Shown here: one piece after another, positions 1 to 8,229 of the stretch | Numbering within the stretch: the first letter of the stretch is position 1 | How the letters are laid out: each line of letters starts with the position of its first letter | Assembly (NCBI GenBank): GCA_002375205.1 | Contig: DFLL01000017.1 | Location: forward strand, 474 to 59,015 | DNA length: 58,542 nucleotides | Direction of reading: 5' to 3' | From: Bacillales bacterium UBA3620 | GTDB lineage: Bacteria > Bacillota_I > Bacilli_A > RF39 > UBA660 | Position numbers and translations under genes: made by a program | The notes under the pieces: generated by a model | Databases searched by the model: none | What the model was told of the DNA's origin: nothing | The model's input: the letters and a program-made list of their open reading frames with translations, nothing else

Positions 1-43
1 TAAATACTTCTTTTTCTCTTTTAGTTAATATACTACTATTCAT
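1..43 (-). CDS. gerE: 5' end of GerE-like LuxR-HTH sporulation transcription factor (runs off window edge)
   Basis: RBS GAGGT then ATG at 43; reads MNSSILTKREKEVF, matching the GerE N-terminal LLTKREREVF motif. Not in the ORF track. Confidence 0.7.
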   Translation of the reverse strand, partial: MNSSILTKREKEVF

Positions 44-129
44 AAATACCTCACTTCCCTATAGGGCGAATTATGTTTTCATAATATTCTATTCCAAGTT
101 TAACATTTAGTGAAGTATTTTTTCCTATA

Positions 130-609
130 TTAATTATATTTAACAGAAATATACATTTTATTATCAAATTCACTCTGTACTAATCTCATAATATTATTTG
201 CATTACTCGTACTAGCATCATCAGAATCAAGTACTACTCTAACATTATCACCATCAATCTTAACAAAGTTCTCACAATTACAAGAATCCTTAATTTTATT
301 TTCCAACGTTTCTTCTTTAGAAGAACTTCTATTTAAAGACTTAAGCTGTTCAAAAAGAGCATTCTTTTCATCAGAAGAAATATCTTTACTAGTAAGTTTA
401 TTCTTGATATCATTAATTTCTTTAACAACAAGAGCATCATCCTCCAACTTCATACTAGAAATAACACTGACATCTTTAATATTAATATTTTCGCTATCCA
501 CAACCGTATCAGTATTAAAAACATCACTAGGCATTGTTACATAATAGATGGATAATACTAGTACCAAACTAAATAGAGTTAAAAACCATAAATTCTTTTT
601 ATTAATCAT
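130..609 (-). CDS. spoIIIAH: SpoIIIAH-like engulfment protein
   Basis: N-terminal 'KKNLWFLTLFSLVLVLSIYYV' TM motif typical of SpoIIIAH, a coiled coil, and a C-terminal RBM-like domain (LENKIK...VRVVL). Confidence 0.8.
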   Translation of the reverse strand: MINKKNLWFLTLFSLVLVLSIYYVTMPSDVFNTDTVVDSENINIKDVSVISSMKLEDDALVVKEINDIKNKLTSKDISSDEKNALFEQLKSLNRSSSKEETLENKIKDSCNCENFVKIDGDNVRVVLDSDDASTSNANNIMRLVQSEFDNKMYISVKYN

Positions 610-668
610 TATATATTCCTCTTTTCTAATTAATTATATTAAAGAAAAGAAAAAACAGAACAATATTC

Positions 669-2849
669 TTATATTTTTATCGGATCAAAATCTAATTCCA
701 CATTAATCTTATTATTTTTCTTAAACATCTCATCAATAAATTTAAGACAATTAATTAAATTATTATCTAAGCGATACTTTATAATTATTTGATAATGAAA
801 AATATTATCAATCTTAAATACACTTGCCATAGAAGGACCCAATATTATTGTTTCATTGCTTAAATTACTCTTTAAATAAGAACCAATTTTATTAGATTCC
901 TTAAAACCTAAATCATAATCTCTTGAAGATATTCCCACCACTACCATATAGTAATAAGGAGAATATTTAAGAAGTTTTCGCATTTTCATTTCTTCTTTAT
1001 AAAAAGATAAATAATCATGATTCTTAGAAAGAACAATACTATAATGTTCTGGATTATAAGTCTGAATAATAACTTCTCCTTTAGACTCACTTCTGCCAGC
1101 TCTTCCAGATACTTGACATAATAATTGAAAAGTATTTTCGCTTGCTCTAAAATCAGGAGTACTCAAAGTAGAATCTGCCGATACCACTCCCACTAAAGTA
1201 ACATCCGGAAAATCTAATCCCTTAGCAATCATCTGTGTACCAATTAATATATCATAATCGTGATTACCAAAAGCATCAATAATTCTCTCATGCTCCCCCT
1301 TTTTACTTGTAGTATCAATATCCATTCTAATTATCCTAGCATTATATAATTTATGTAGTTCTTCTTCTAACTTTTCAGTACCAAGACCATAATCTTTAAT
1401 ATTAGTACTACCACAATTACTACAACTATTCATAAGAGGCTTAGAAGTACCACAGTAATGACACTTTAAATTATTACTAGTTTTATGATAAGTATAAGAT
1501 ATATCACACTTAGGGCACTTCTCCGTGTATCCACAATCCTTACAAGTAATAATATTAGAGTATCCCCTTCTATTTAATAATAGTATTATTTGTTCTCCTT
1601 TATCTAACTTTTCCTTAATCTTATCTTTTAATATACTAGATAAGATAAAGTTCCCTTTCTTAACTTCATCTTTCATGTCAACAATTTGAACACTAGGTAA
1701 AGTACTACTACCAGGTCTTTTATTTAAAGTAAGAAGATTATATACCTTATTACCTGCTCTCGCAAAAGACTCTAAACTAGGCGTAGCACTACCAAGTACA
1801 ACTGGACACTTATGATAATTACTTCTCCATAGAGCAATTGTCTTTGCATTATATCTTGGATGACTTTCTTGCTTATATGATGAAGTGTGCTCTTCGTCAA
1901 TAATAATAACTCCAATATTCTTAAAAGGTACAAAGATAGCACTCCGAGTACCAATTACAATCTTTGATTTACCTTCGGTAATCTTTCGATATTCATCATA
2001 CCTTTCACTATCCGATAATCTCGAATGAAGTACTGATATAACATCTCCAAATCTCGATATAAATTTACCTACTATCTGAGGAGTCAAACTAATTTCAGGT
2101 ACTAGCATAATAGCTTCTTTACCATTTTTTATAGTCTCTTCTATTACACTCATATATACTTCTGTTTTACCACTACCAGTTACTCCATATAATAAAAATG
2201 TTTCACTCTTACCAAAAGAAGATATTATTTTATTCTTAACATTTTCTTGTTCACTAGTTAAAGTAACCCTCTTATAATTAGATAATCCTGTATAATTATA
2301 TCTTTTTTCTTCAATATTAATTATTTCTCCCAATCCATGTTTAATAATTGTATTAATAGTACTAGACATCTTACTAATTAATACGTCTCCTTCTTTTAGT
2401 TTACAAAGTAAATTAATCTGCCCTTCATATTTACAATTCTTAATATAATTATCAATCTCTTCAATACTCTTATTTCTTCTTAAATACCTATTATATTTAA
2501 TCTTAATCTCCGTACCAGCTTTAGCTTTTAAAGCTTTAGGAAGCATTACCTGATATGCACTAACTTTAGAACATAATAAACTATCACTCATATATTTACC
2601 AAGTTCTATCATTTCTTTATTAAGAACAGGTTCTTTATCAATAACCGAAGTTATATCTTTAATCTTATCTTTATCATAATTAGTATTATTCTTAATATTA
2701 ATAACAAATCCCTCTAAATTCATCTTACCAAAAGGAATACCAACTCTTATACCTATTTTAATATTACCTTCTAATTCTTTAGGTACTCTATACTCAAAAA
2801 CATTATCAACTGCTTTAGCACCAATCTCACAAAGTACATCTATATACAT
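669..2849 (-). CDS. priA: Primosomal protein N' (replication restart helicase)
   Basis: GVTGSGKTEVY Walker A, IIIDEEH, four CxxC pairs, GTQMIAKG and QVSGRAGR. Confidence 0.97.
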   Translation of the reverse strand: MYIDVLCEIGAKAVDNVFEYRVPKELEGNIKIGIRVGIPFGKMNLEGFVINIKNNTNYDKDKIKDITSVIDKEPVLNKEMIELGKYMSDSLLCSKVSAYQVMLPKALKAKAGTEIKIKYNRYLRRNKSIEEIDNYIKNCKYEGQINLLCKLKEGDVLISKMSSTINTIIKHGLGEIINIEEKRYNYTGLSNYKRVTLTSEQENVKNKIISSFGKSETFLLYGVTGSGKTEVYMSVIEETIKNGKEAIMLVPEISLTPQIVGKFISRFGDVISVLHSRLSDSERYDEYRKITEGKSKIVIGTRSAIFVPFKNIGVIIIDEEHTSSYKQESHPRYNAKTIALWRSNYHKCPVVLGSATPSLESFARAGNKVYNLLTLNKRPGSSTLPSVQIVDMKDEVKKGNFILSSILKDKIKEKLDKGEQIILLLNRRGYSNIITCKDCGYTEKCPKCDISYTYHKTSNNLKCHYCGTSKPLMNSCSNCGSTNIKDYGLGTEKLEEELHKLYNARIIRMDIDTTSKKGEHERIIDAFGNHDYDILIGTQMIAKGLDFPDVTLVGVVSADSTLSTPDFRASENTFQLLCQVSGRAGRSESKGEVIIQTYNPEHYSIVLSKNHDYLSFYKEEMKMRKLLKYSPYYYMVVVGISSRDYDLGFKESNKIGSYLKSNLSNETIILGPSMASVFKIDNIFHYQIIIKYRLDNNLINCLKFIDEMFKKNNKINVELDFDPIKI

Positions 2850-2861
2850 ACAATCGCCCCT

Positions 2862-3359
2862 TTATACTAAAATATTTTTTTCTTCTTCCATTATCTCTTT
2901 AATTCTATCAATATCTGTAAAGAATAAATCTAAGCCATTTTCTTTTAGTGATAACATATATTTAAAATTATCAACTATTTCTTTTTCAACAGAAGTAGAA
3001 ACTCTTATCTGTTTACCTTCAATCGTATGGATATTTTTTATATATTTTTTTAATGTAGGAAATGCATTCTGAATTAAAATAACTTCTTCAAGCCCTGAAA
3101 TATTTCTTATTAATATGGTTCTGCAATTACCATATTTATTTATTTTATGTTTAATTATTTTTTTATATTTATCTATTTTAGAACTAAGTGGTATAAACCA
3201 TAAAATATCTCTATCATTAATAGCTAAATAAGAAGGTCTTGACTTACCATTATCATGATTAATCATAATACTTTTCTCATTTATTTTTTCAAAAAATTCA
3301 TCTTTAATATGATATAAGTAACCAGTTTTAACTTCCATTTCCTTATCACCAATCCTCAT
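2862..3359 (-). CDS. cptN: Type III toxin-antitoxin endoribonuclease toxin, CptN family (true start may be MEVKTG, 7 codons in)
   Basis: Motifs G.LY.IKD.FF, RP.Y, W.IPLSS.IDKYKKI and LIQ..FP match CptN/ToxN. Tandem RNA repeats and a terminator lie upstream. Confidence 0.85.
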   Translation of the reverse strand: MRIGDKEMEVKTGYLYHIKDEFFEKINEKSIMINHDNGKSRPSYLAINDRDILWFIPLSSKIDKYKKIIKHKINKYGNCRTILIRNISGLEEVILIQNAFPTLKKYIKNIHTIEGKQIRVSTSVEKEIVDNFKYMLSLKENGLDLFFTDIDRIKEIMEEEKNILV

Positions 3360-3368
3360 TTAATATTT

Positions 3369-3397
3369 ATTATATATAATTGAAAGAATAAAGTCAA
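3369..3397 (-). promoter_or_regulatory. Sigma-A-type promoter directly upstream of the toxin gene
   Basis: TTGACT-17 bp-TATAAT on the minus strand. Confidence 0.65.
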
Positions 3398-3440
3398 GAA
3401 ATATTTTACCATTTATAAACAAATGTTTGCTATGTTTTTG

Positions 3441-3474
3441 TAAAAAGAAAAAGTTCTTATAAAATAAGAACTTT
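3441..3474 (-). terminator. Intrinsic terminator between antitoxin repeats and toxin
   Basis: 11-bp perfect stem AAAGTTCTTAT-aaa-ATAAGAACTTT followed by a U-rich tract on the minus strand. Confidence 0.8.
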
Positions 3475-3605
3475 AAGGCATTTACAACCAGGATCATTTA
3501 TTGCTCGCACCACCTGGAAGCGATTAACATTTCTCGACCGGGATCATTTATTGCTCGCACCACCCGAAAGCGATTAACATTTAATGCCTTGTCTTAATAA
3601 AGACA
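3475..3605 (-). ncRNA. cptI: Type III antitoxin RNA (CptI-like): two 46-nt pseudoknot repeats with a 50-nt period
   Basis: Direct repeats at 3487-3532 and 3537-3582 (3 mismatches), each folding as an H-type pseudoknot. Canonical promoter-repeats-terminator-toxin layout. Confidence 0.85.
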
Positions 3606-3610
3606 CCTAT

Positions 3611-3639
3611 AATATACACCATAATTTATTAAAAGTCAA
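3611..3639 (-). promoter_or_regulatory. Sigma-A promoter of the antitoxin RNA
   Basis: TTGACT-17 bp-TATATT on the minus strand. Confidence 0.7.
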
Positions 3640-3641
3640 TA

Positions 3642-4019
3642 CTATATCCATTTACTGACTACTATATTTCTAACTCTTTCATCCTCAAAATTATCATCAT
3701 ATTTAATAATCTTTCTGATTAATTTATTTGTCTTTTTATAACTATTTAAATCTATATCATGAATATTAATAATACTCTTTAATCCCTTCCTATAATTATA
3801 ATCACTTACATACTTATACATACAACTATCAATTAACTTAATCTTATCTTCATCTTTATAACTAAAAACATAATCTTTATAAAAGTCAATTAATTCAAAA
3901 GATATAATATCATCATCTTCATAATTAATAATATCATCATAATACCTACAAAAACTAAGTACCTTCCTTACATTATCCATATCAATAGTATGTATCATAA
4001 TTATCTCCTTTATATTCAA
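3642..4019 (-). CDS. Hypothetical protein (likely start at ATG 3998 after AAGGAG)
   Basis: Open frame with an RBS before MIHTIDM; no recognisable motif. Confidence 0.6.
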   Translation of the reverse strand: MNIKEIIMIHTIDMDNVRKVLSFCRYYDDIINYEDDDIISFELIDFYKDYVFSYKDEDKIKLIDSCMYKYVSDYNYRKGLKSIINIHDIDLNSYKKTNKLIRKIIKYDDNFEDERVRNIVVSKWI

Positions 4020-4039
4020 TTAAATTATAAATAAAAGAA

Positions 4040-4059
4040 AAAAGCCTGTAAAGGCTTTC
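4040..4059 (-). terminator. Probable terminator hairpin
   Basis: AAAGCCT-gtaa-AGGCTTT followed by a T-tract on the minus strand. Confidence 0.55.
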
Positions 4060-4066
4060 GACAAAA

Positions 4067-5794
4067 CTAGATATTTTTAACTCTAACTTTATATTCATTA
4101 ATATTTATTTCACTATCTAATTCTATTTCTAATTTAGATAATCTACTATAAGTATTTATAAGTAACCCAAATATCTCTTCATTACTTAAATTATAATCAA
4201 TATCAAGATTTAATATCTTATTCATTTCTTCTAAATAATATGAATAATAATTTCTATCTATATTAACTTTATTATTAATACTTTCGATAATACTATAAAT
4301 ACTATTTAAATATATACTAACAACTTTATTCTTACTTTCACTATATATACCATTAATATTATCATTAATACCAGTTACTATTTCACTAATTAAATCTTTT
4401 CTATTAACATAATGACTAAGTTTTATTAATGTATTATGTATTTCTTTTCTTAAATTTAACTCAAATTCATCTATAGTATTATATTTCAAACTCTTAATAC
4501 TACATTCACTAAATATATGAATAGAATCTAAAAACCCAAGTATATCAGCACTATTAGAATCTAAAATATTTATCAATTCTTTCTTTATTTCTTCTCTTTC
4601 TTTATCATCAATAAAAGGAAGAATAACTTCACTGATTAATTTAAAATCTTTATATAAATCACTATCCATTTCAGTAGTAGAAGTTCCTTCCAGTAAATGT
4701 CTTAAAGAATTAATAATATTAACCATATCTAAATATTTTTGATTATCTTCATAATTCTTTTTTAATTTATCTAAGATAATATCTAACTTAATAATTAAAT
4801 TGTTATATAATACTTCTCTATTAGATACTTCTAAGTTAATAATTTTATTTCTTATAGAAGTATTAATTAATTCTAATTTATTATTATAATCACTTACTAT
4901 ATCATTAACTATCTTATTAACATCTTCTTTACCATGATAATATGATAAATAATAATTAATATCTTCAAGTATCTTATCTACTTCACCAGTTTTACTTTCT
5001 AATAATTTAACTTCTTCTTTAGGCTTATCCACTACTCTTTTATTATCTACTTCTTGTTGTATTTCTTTTGCTAATATTTTTAAATAATCTTTTATTTTAT
5101 CAAATGGAATACCACCATATAATATTTTTTCTGATACAAGAAGTTTCTTTTTTCTATCATAAATCCATTTAATAGGTTCTACTTTTATCCAAACATAATC
5201 TCCTTTGTTATAATTTCCTTTAGGGCATAAAAAATCTTCCTTAACTAATGCTCTAACGTATCTCTCTTTATTATAGATATATTCTTCATCACCATTATAA
5301 GAGTTACCTGTTTTTATAAGTTTGGTCGAGTCTTTTATCTTATACAAACTATTTAATACGTCATCAATAGAATTAGAACAAAATTCTTGAGGGTAATAAC
5401 CATATAATAGGTAATAATTATAATCAGTAACCTGCTTATCAATAGGAAGTTCTAAGTCTTCAATGTCTCTAATAGAAAATACAGGTCTTATACCCAAAGA
5501 ACTACTATCTATATCTGACGGACTCAAAATATTGCCGCAATTATCGACAGAATTAAAAAAATATATATTATTACCTAATGAGTAAGTATAAGAAATAGGA
5601 TCATCAATGATATAACATTTATTATATTTAGTATTTATACAAGTATACGCCGTAGTATCAGCAGAACATCTACCTATTTTTTTAAATATACTTAATTTAT
5701 GTCTTCCCTCTATTTCCTTTTTTGTTAAAAATCTAAGATTAATAACTCTTTCTCTTTCTTCTTGTGGAGGCAATAAATAATTAGAATTAACCAT
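4067..5794 (-). CDS. Hypothetical protein with a DUF6273-like N-terminal domain and helical C-terminus
   Basis: Motifs GIRPVF, YGYYPQ, WIKVEPIKW and LVSEKIL; RBS AAGGGG; upstream TTGCAA-17-TATAAT. Family assignment is from recall. Confidence 0.6.
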   Translation of the reverse strand: MVNSNYLLPPQEERERVINLRFLTKKEIEGRHKLSIFKKIGRCSADTTAYTCINTKYNKCYIIDDPISYTYSLGNNIYFFNSVDNCGNILSPSDIDSSSLGIRPVFSIRDIEDLELPIDKQVTDYNYYLLYGYYPQEFCSNSIDDVLNSLYKIKDSTKLIKTGNSYNGDEEYIYNKERYVRALVKEDFLCPKGNYNKGDYVWIKVEPIKWIYDRKKKLLVSEKILYGGIPFDKIKDYLKILAKEIQQEVDNKRVVDKPKEEVKLLESKTGEVDKILEDINYYLSYYHGKEDVNKIVNDIVSDYNNKLELINTSIRNKIINLEVSNREVLYNNLIIKLDIILDKLKKNYEDNQKYLDMVNIINSLRHLLEGTSTTEMDSDLYKDFKLISEVILPFIDDKEREEIKKELINILDSNSADILGFLDSIHIFSECSIKSLKYNTIDEFELNLRKEIHNTLIKLSHYVNRKDLISEIVTGINDNINGIYSESKNKVVSIYLNSIYSIIESINNKVNIDRNYYSYYLEEMNKILNLDIDYNLSNEEIFGLLINTYSRLSKLEIELDSEININEYKVRVKNI

Positions 5795-5860
5795 AATAAT
5801 CCCCTTTCATAAATTGATAGTTATTATATAATAAAATTATATTATTTGCAAGGTGATTAT

Positions 5861-6325
5861 TTAAGAATTAATTCTTCTATCTTTAGTATTTTCATTAGTC
5901 TGAAGCGATAATTTAAGAACATCGTCATAACTCACTAAATTATTATTATTCTCGATAATATAATCTTTCATTTTCTTAAATATTCTAATTAATGCCTTAC
6001 TCTGTATAGTAGCCTTTTCACCTTTTAATACAGTCATTAACATATATATACCTTGCTCGGTAAAAGCGTAAGGAAGTTTTCTTCTTCCACCCCAACTTGA
6101 TGTGGATTTTTTGAACATCAAGTTTTTAAATTCTTCTTCAGTTAACTGAAACATAAAATCACTATCAAATTTATTCATATTATTTTTTACTTGCTTGTTA
6201 AAATCTCTAGTCGCATATCCATATATTTCAGCAAGGTCGCTATCTATCATAACCTCTTTACCACGTATAATATATATTTTATTCCTAATACTTTTCTCAT
6301 CTATTAATGCTATATCATTTTTCAT
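5861..6325 (-). CDS. ORF6N (KilA-N-related) domain protein, probably C-terminally truncated
   Basis: IYIIRG.EVMIDSDLAEIYG, FDSDFMFQLT.EE, GGRRKLPYAFTEQG; RBS AAAGGAG. Confidence 0.85.
   Translation of the reverse strand: MKNDIALIDEKSIRNKIYIIRGKEVMIDSDLAEIYGYATRDFNKQVKNNMNKFDSDFMFQLTEEEFKNLMFKKSTSSWGGRRKLPYAFTEQGIYMLMTVLKGEKATIQSKALIRIFKKMKDYIIENNNNLVSYDDVLKLSLQTNENTKDRRINS
6094..6124. repeat. In-frame palindrome within the ORF6N gene
   Basis: AACTTGATGT-11 nt-ACATCAAGTT, perfect 10-bp arms, encoding NLMFKKSTSS. Confidence 0.9.
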
Positions 6326-6363
6326 ATTCTACTCCTTTCATATTTTATTTTTTTAAAAAGATT

Positions 6364-6390
6364 TTTGCGGTGAATTTTTTGCACCTCAAA
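6364..6390. repeat. Second, non-coding copy of the ORF6N palindrome in the gene's 5' leader
   Basis: TTGCGGTGAATTTTTTGCACCTCAA (6365-6389) versus in-gene TTGATGTGGATTTTTTGAACATCAA (6097-6121): 20/25 identical, ungapped, same orientation. Confidence 0.8.
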
Positions 6391-6490
6391 CATATCCTCT
6401 TTTTATTGTTGTAATCTCTATACTATCATAAATAGAAAATATTTCAAGGAGTTATGTAAAAAACATAAAAAAAATAACAACTAGATAAAT

Positions 6491-7270
6491 CTAATTATTA
6501 TTTAATAAATCTTCAAGTTCATCTTTTGTATAAATAAAATCCTTAATAGTATTAAAGTAGTGTTCTTGCTCTTTTTTGCAAAACTCTAATAAATCATTAT
6601 AATTACTATTTACTTGGGCACTATTTAATGCTTTATAGTATTCACCTTTTAATTCATCTTCAATTATAAATGGAAATATGTTATTTTTTATACATTCTTT
6701 AAACATAATAATACGACCAGTTCTACCATTACCATCTTGAAAAGGATGGATTTTTTCATATTTAGCATGAAATTCTACAATATCAAATAAATTATGGTTT
6801 TCTTTTAAATTATATTCATCAAGTAATTCTTTCATCTTATCTTCAACTTCTAAAGGAGAAGCTACTTTTATATTTGACACAGTATTGGCTCTTTTTTTAT
6901 AATCACCAATTGCGTAGCCATTTGCTTTATCTTCAAAAACACCAGATTTTAAATCATAATGATAACTTTTTATTAATTCTTCAGATAATTCTTCATTATA
7001 TGTTTTTAACATATTATTAAACATAATAAAATGCCCATTAGCTTCTTCTACATCTTTTGATCTTACTGCCATTCCATCATTAATAATTGTTCCTGTTTCA
7101 AAAAGTGATGCAGTCTGATATTCTGTTAGGGTACTACCTTCTATTCTATTTGAATTATATGTTAATTTTCTTTGCGTATATCCATAAACACCACTTCGAT
7201 CATTTTTATCATATTCTATTTTAAGTCTATTAATTAAATCACCAATGATTTTTTTATTATCATAATTCAT
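6491..7270 (-). CDS. Fic-family protein (class II, N-terminal inhibitory helix)
   Basis: HPFQDGNGRTGR catalytic motif and SNRIEG inhibitory motif. Confidence 0.92.
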   Translation of the reverse strand: MNYDNKKIIGDLINRLKIEYDKNDRSGVYGYTQRKLTYNSNRIEGSTLTEYQTASLFETGTIINDGMAVRSKDVEEANGHFIMFNNMLKTYNEELSEELIKSYHYDLKSGVFEDKANGYAIGDYKKRANTVSNIKVASPLEVEDKMKELLDEYNLKENHNLFDIVEFHAKYEKIHPFQDGNGRTGRIIMFKECIKNNIFPFIIEDELKGEYYKALNSAQVNSNYNDLLEFCKKEQEHYFNTIKDFIYTKDELEDLLNNN

Positions 7271-7475
7271 AAAATATCCCTCCTATTGGTTTTCTATATA
7301 AATTATAACATTTTTATCTTCTAGTATCAATATTTACATATATCTAAAAAATATTTTCTAAAAATATATTCATTATAATATACATCTTAAATAGAAATTA
7401 CATCTAATAATAAAATATATATACCTATGTTTCTTTTCGAAGAAAAGAAGTGAAAATAAAAAAATAAGTTTACAT

Positions 7476-7685
7476 TTACATAAACTTATTCATTTGTTTC
7501 ATCATTTGATTAACTTGTTTCTGTGAAGGAGTTCTTCCCATCTGACTCATCATTGTCTTTATCATTTGCTCGTTAATAGGAGGATTCTTCTTAAGTTCTT
7601 TCTTCATTAACTTTCTAGCAATAAAGAAACCAAGAACTAATCCTACGATTAAACCAAGTACTACATATAATATATCCCAAAGCAT
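7476..7685 (-). CDS. yneF: YneF/UPF0154 membrane protein
   Basis: TM helix followed by [23 protein letters not shown]. Confidence 0.93.
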   Translation of the reverse strand: MLWDILYVVLGLIVGLVLGFFIARKLMKKELKKNPPINEQMIKTMMSQMGRTPSQKQVNQMMKQMNKFM

Positions 7686-7708
7686 ATTCTTATTTCCTCC
7701 TTGTAATA

Positions 7709-8146
7709 TTATTTTACTATGGAATACTCTTTTTGTAAAGAATTTAATTTCGATAACCAGAAATAATCCTTATTCTCAAAATCACATACAAATAAATTAG
7801 TATTATAACTTTTAATATCATCAAAAAAGATACTATAATTACTATCAGTTTCTATCTTAATATTATAATTATTAATTCTAAGAGTAGTCTTCTCATCAGT
7901 ATTAAGTATATGAATATTATCTCTTCTTTTATATCCATATTTTAATTTGTACTCATAATAAATATATTCATTAAGCATTATTTTATTAAAAGGAAGTGCT
8001 ACTTCTTCCATTACTCTAAAAGTTTTAATATTATCATAATCCCTAGAATAATATATTTCTTCAAATATCTTATACATCTTAAAAGGATTATTCTTATACA
8101 TATACTTAAAATATTTATTAACATTAAAAATGTAGTATGTTCTCAT
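7709..8146 (-). CDS. sirA: Sporulation inhibitor of replication SirA
   Basis: MRTYYIF N-terminus and [14 protein letters not shown]-terminus; synteny with yneF as in Bacillus; upstream Spo0A box. Confidence 0.8.
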   Translation of the reverse strand: MRTYYIFNVNKYFKYMYKNNPFKMYKIFEEIYYSRDYDNIKTFRVMEEVALPFNKIMLNEYIYYEYKLKYGYKRRDNIHILNTDEKTTLRINNYNIKIETDSNYSIFFDDIKSYNTNLFVCDFENKDYFWLSKLNSLQKEYSIVK

Positions 8147-8166
8147 ATTATTTAGTCACCTAAATA

Positions 8167-8200
8167 ACAATACCATACTACATCTAAAAAAATTGTCGAA
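8167..8200 (-). promoter_or_regulatory. Spo0A-activated promoter of sirA
   Basis: Perfect 0A box TGTCGAA at 8194-8200 (reverse orientation), a 21-bp spacer, and TG-extended TATTGT -10 at 8172-8167. Confidence 0.65.
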
Positions 8201-8229
8201 ATAATAAAGTATACTTATATTTATATTTA

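Noticed and set aside
3487..3582. Direct repeats as a mini CRISPR array
   Set aside because: Only 4 nt separate the 46-nt copies, so there is no spacer. No cas genes are present, and the context and covariation fit a type III antitoxin.
4067..5794. GIRPVF motif as a second DGR target
   Set aside because: The motif is N-terminal, the YWL-like block is degenerate, and the local codons show no clear NNY/GC signature.
6322..6393. 23-codon uORF (MFEVQKIHRKNLF...) overlapping the ORF6N start as ATGA
   Set aside because: AGAGG is only 2 nt from the ATG and there is no other support; it may be chance.
5861..7270. ORF6N plus Fic as a prophage or integrative element
   Set aside because: No integrase, transposase, phage structural gene or att repeats are visible.
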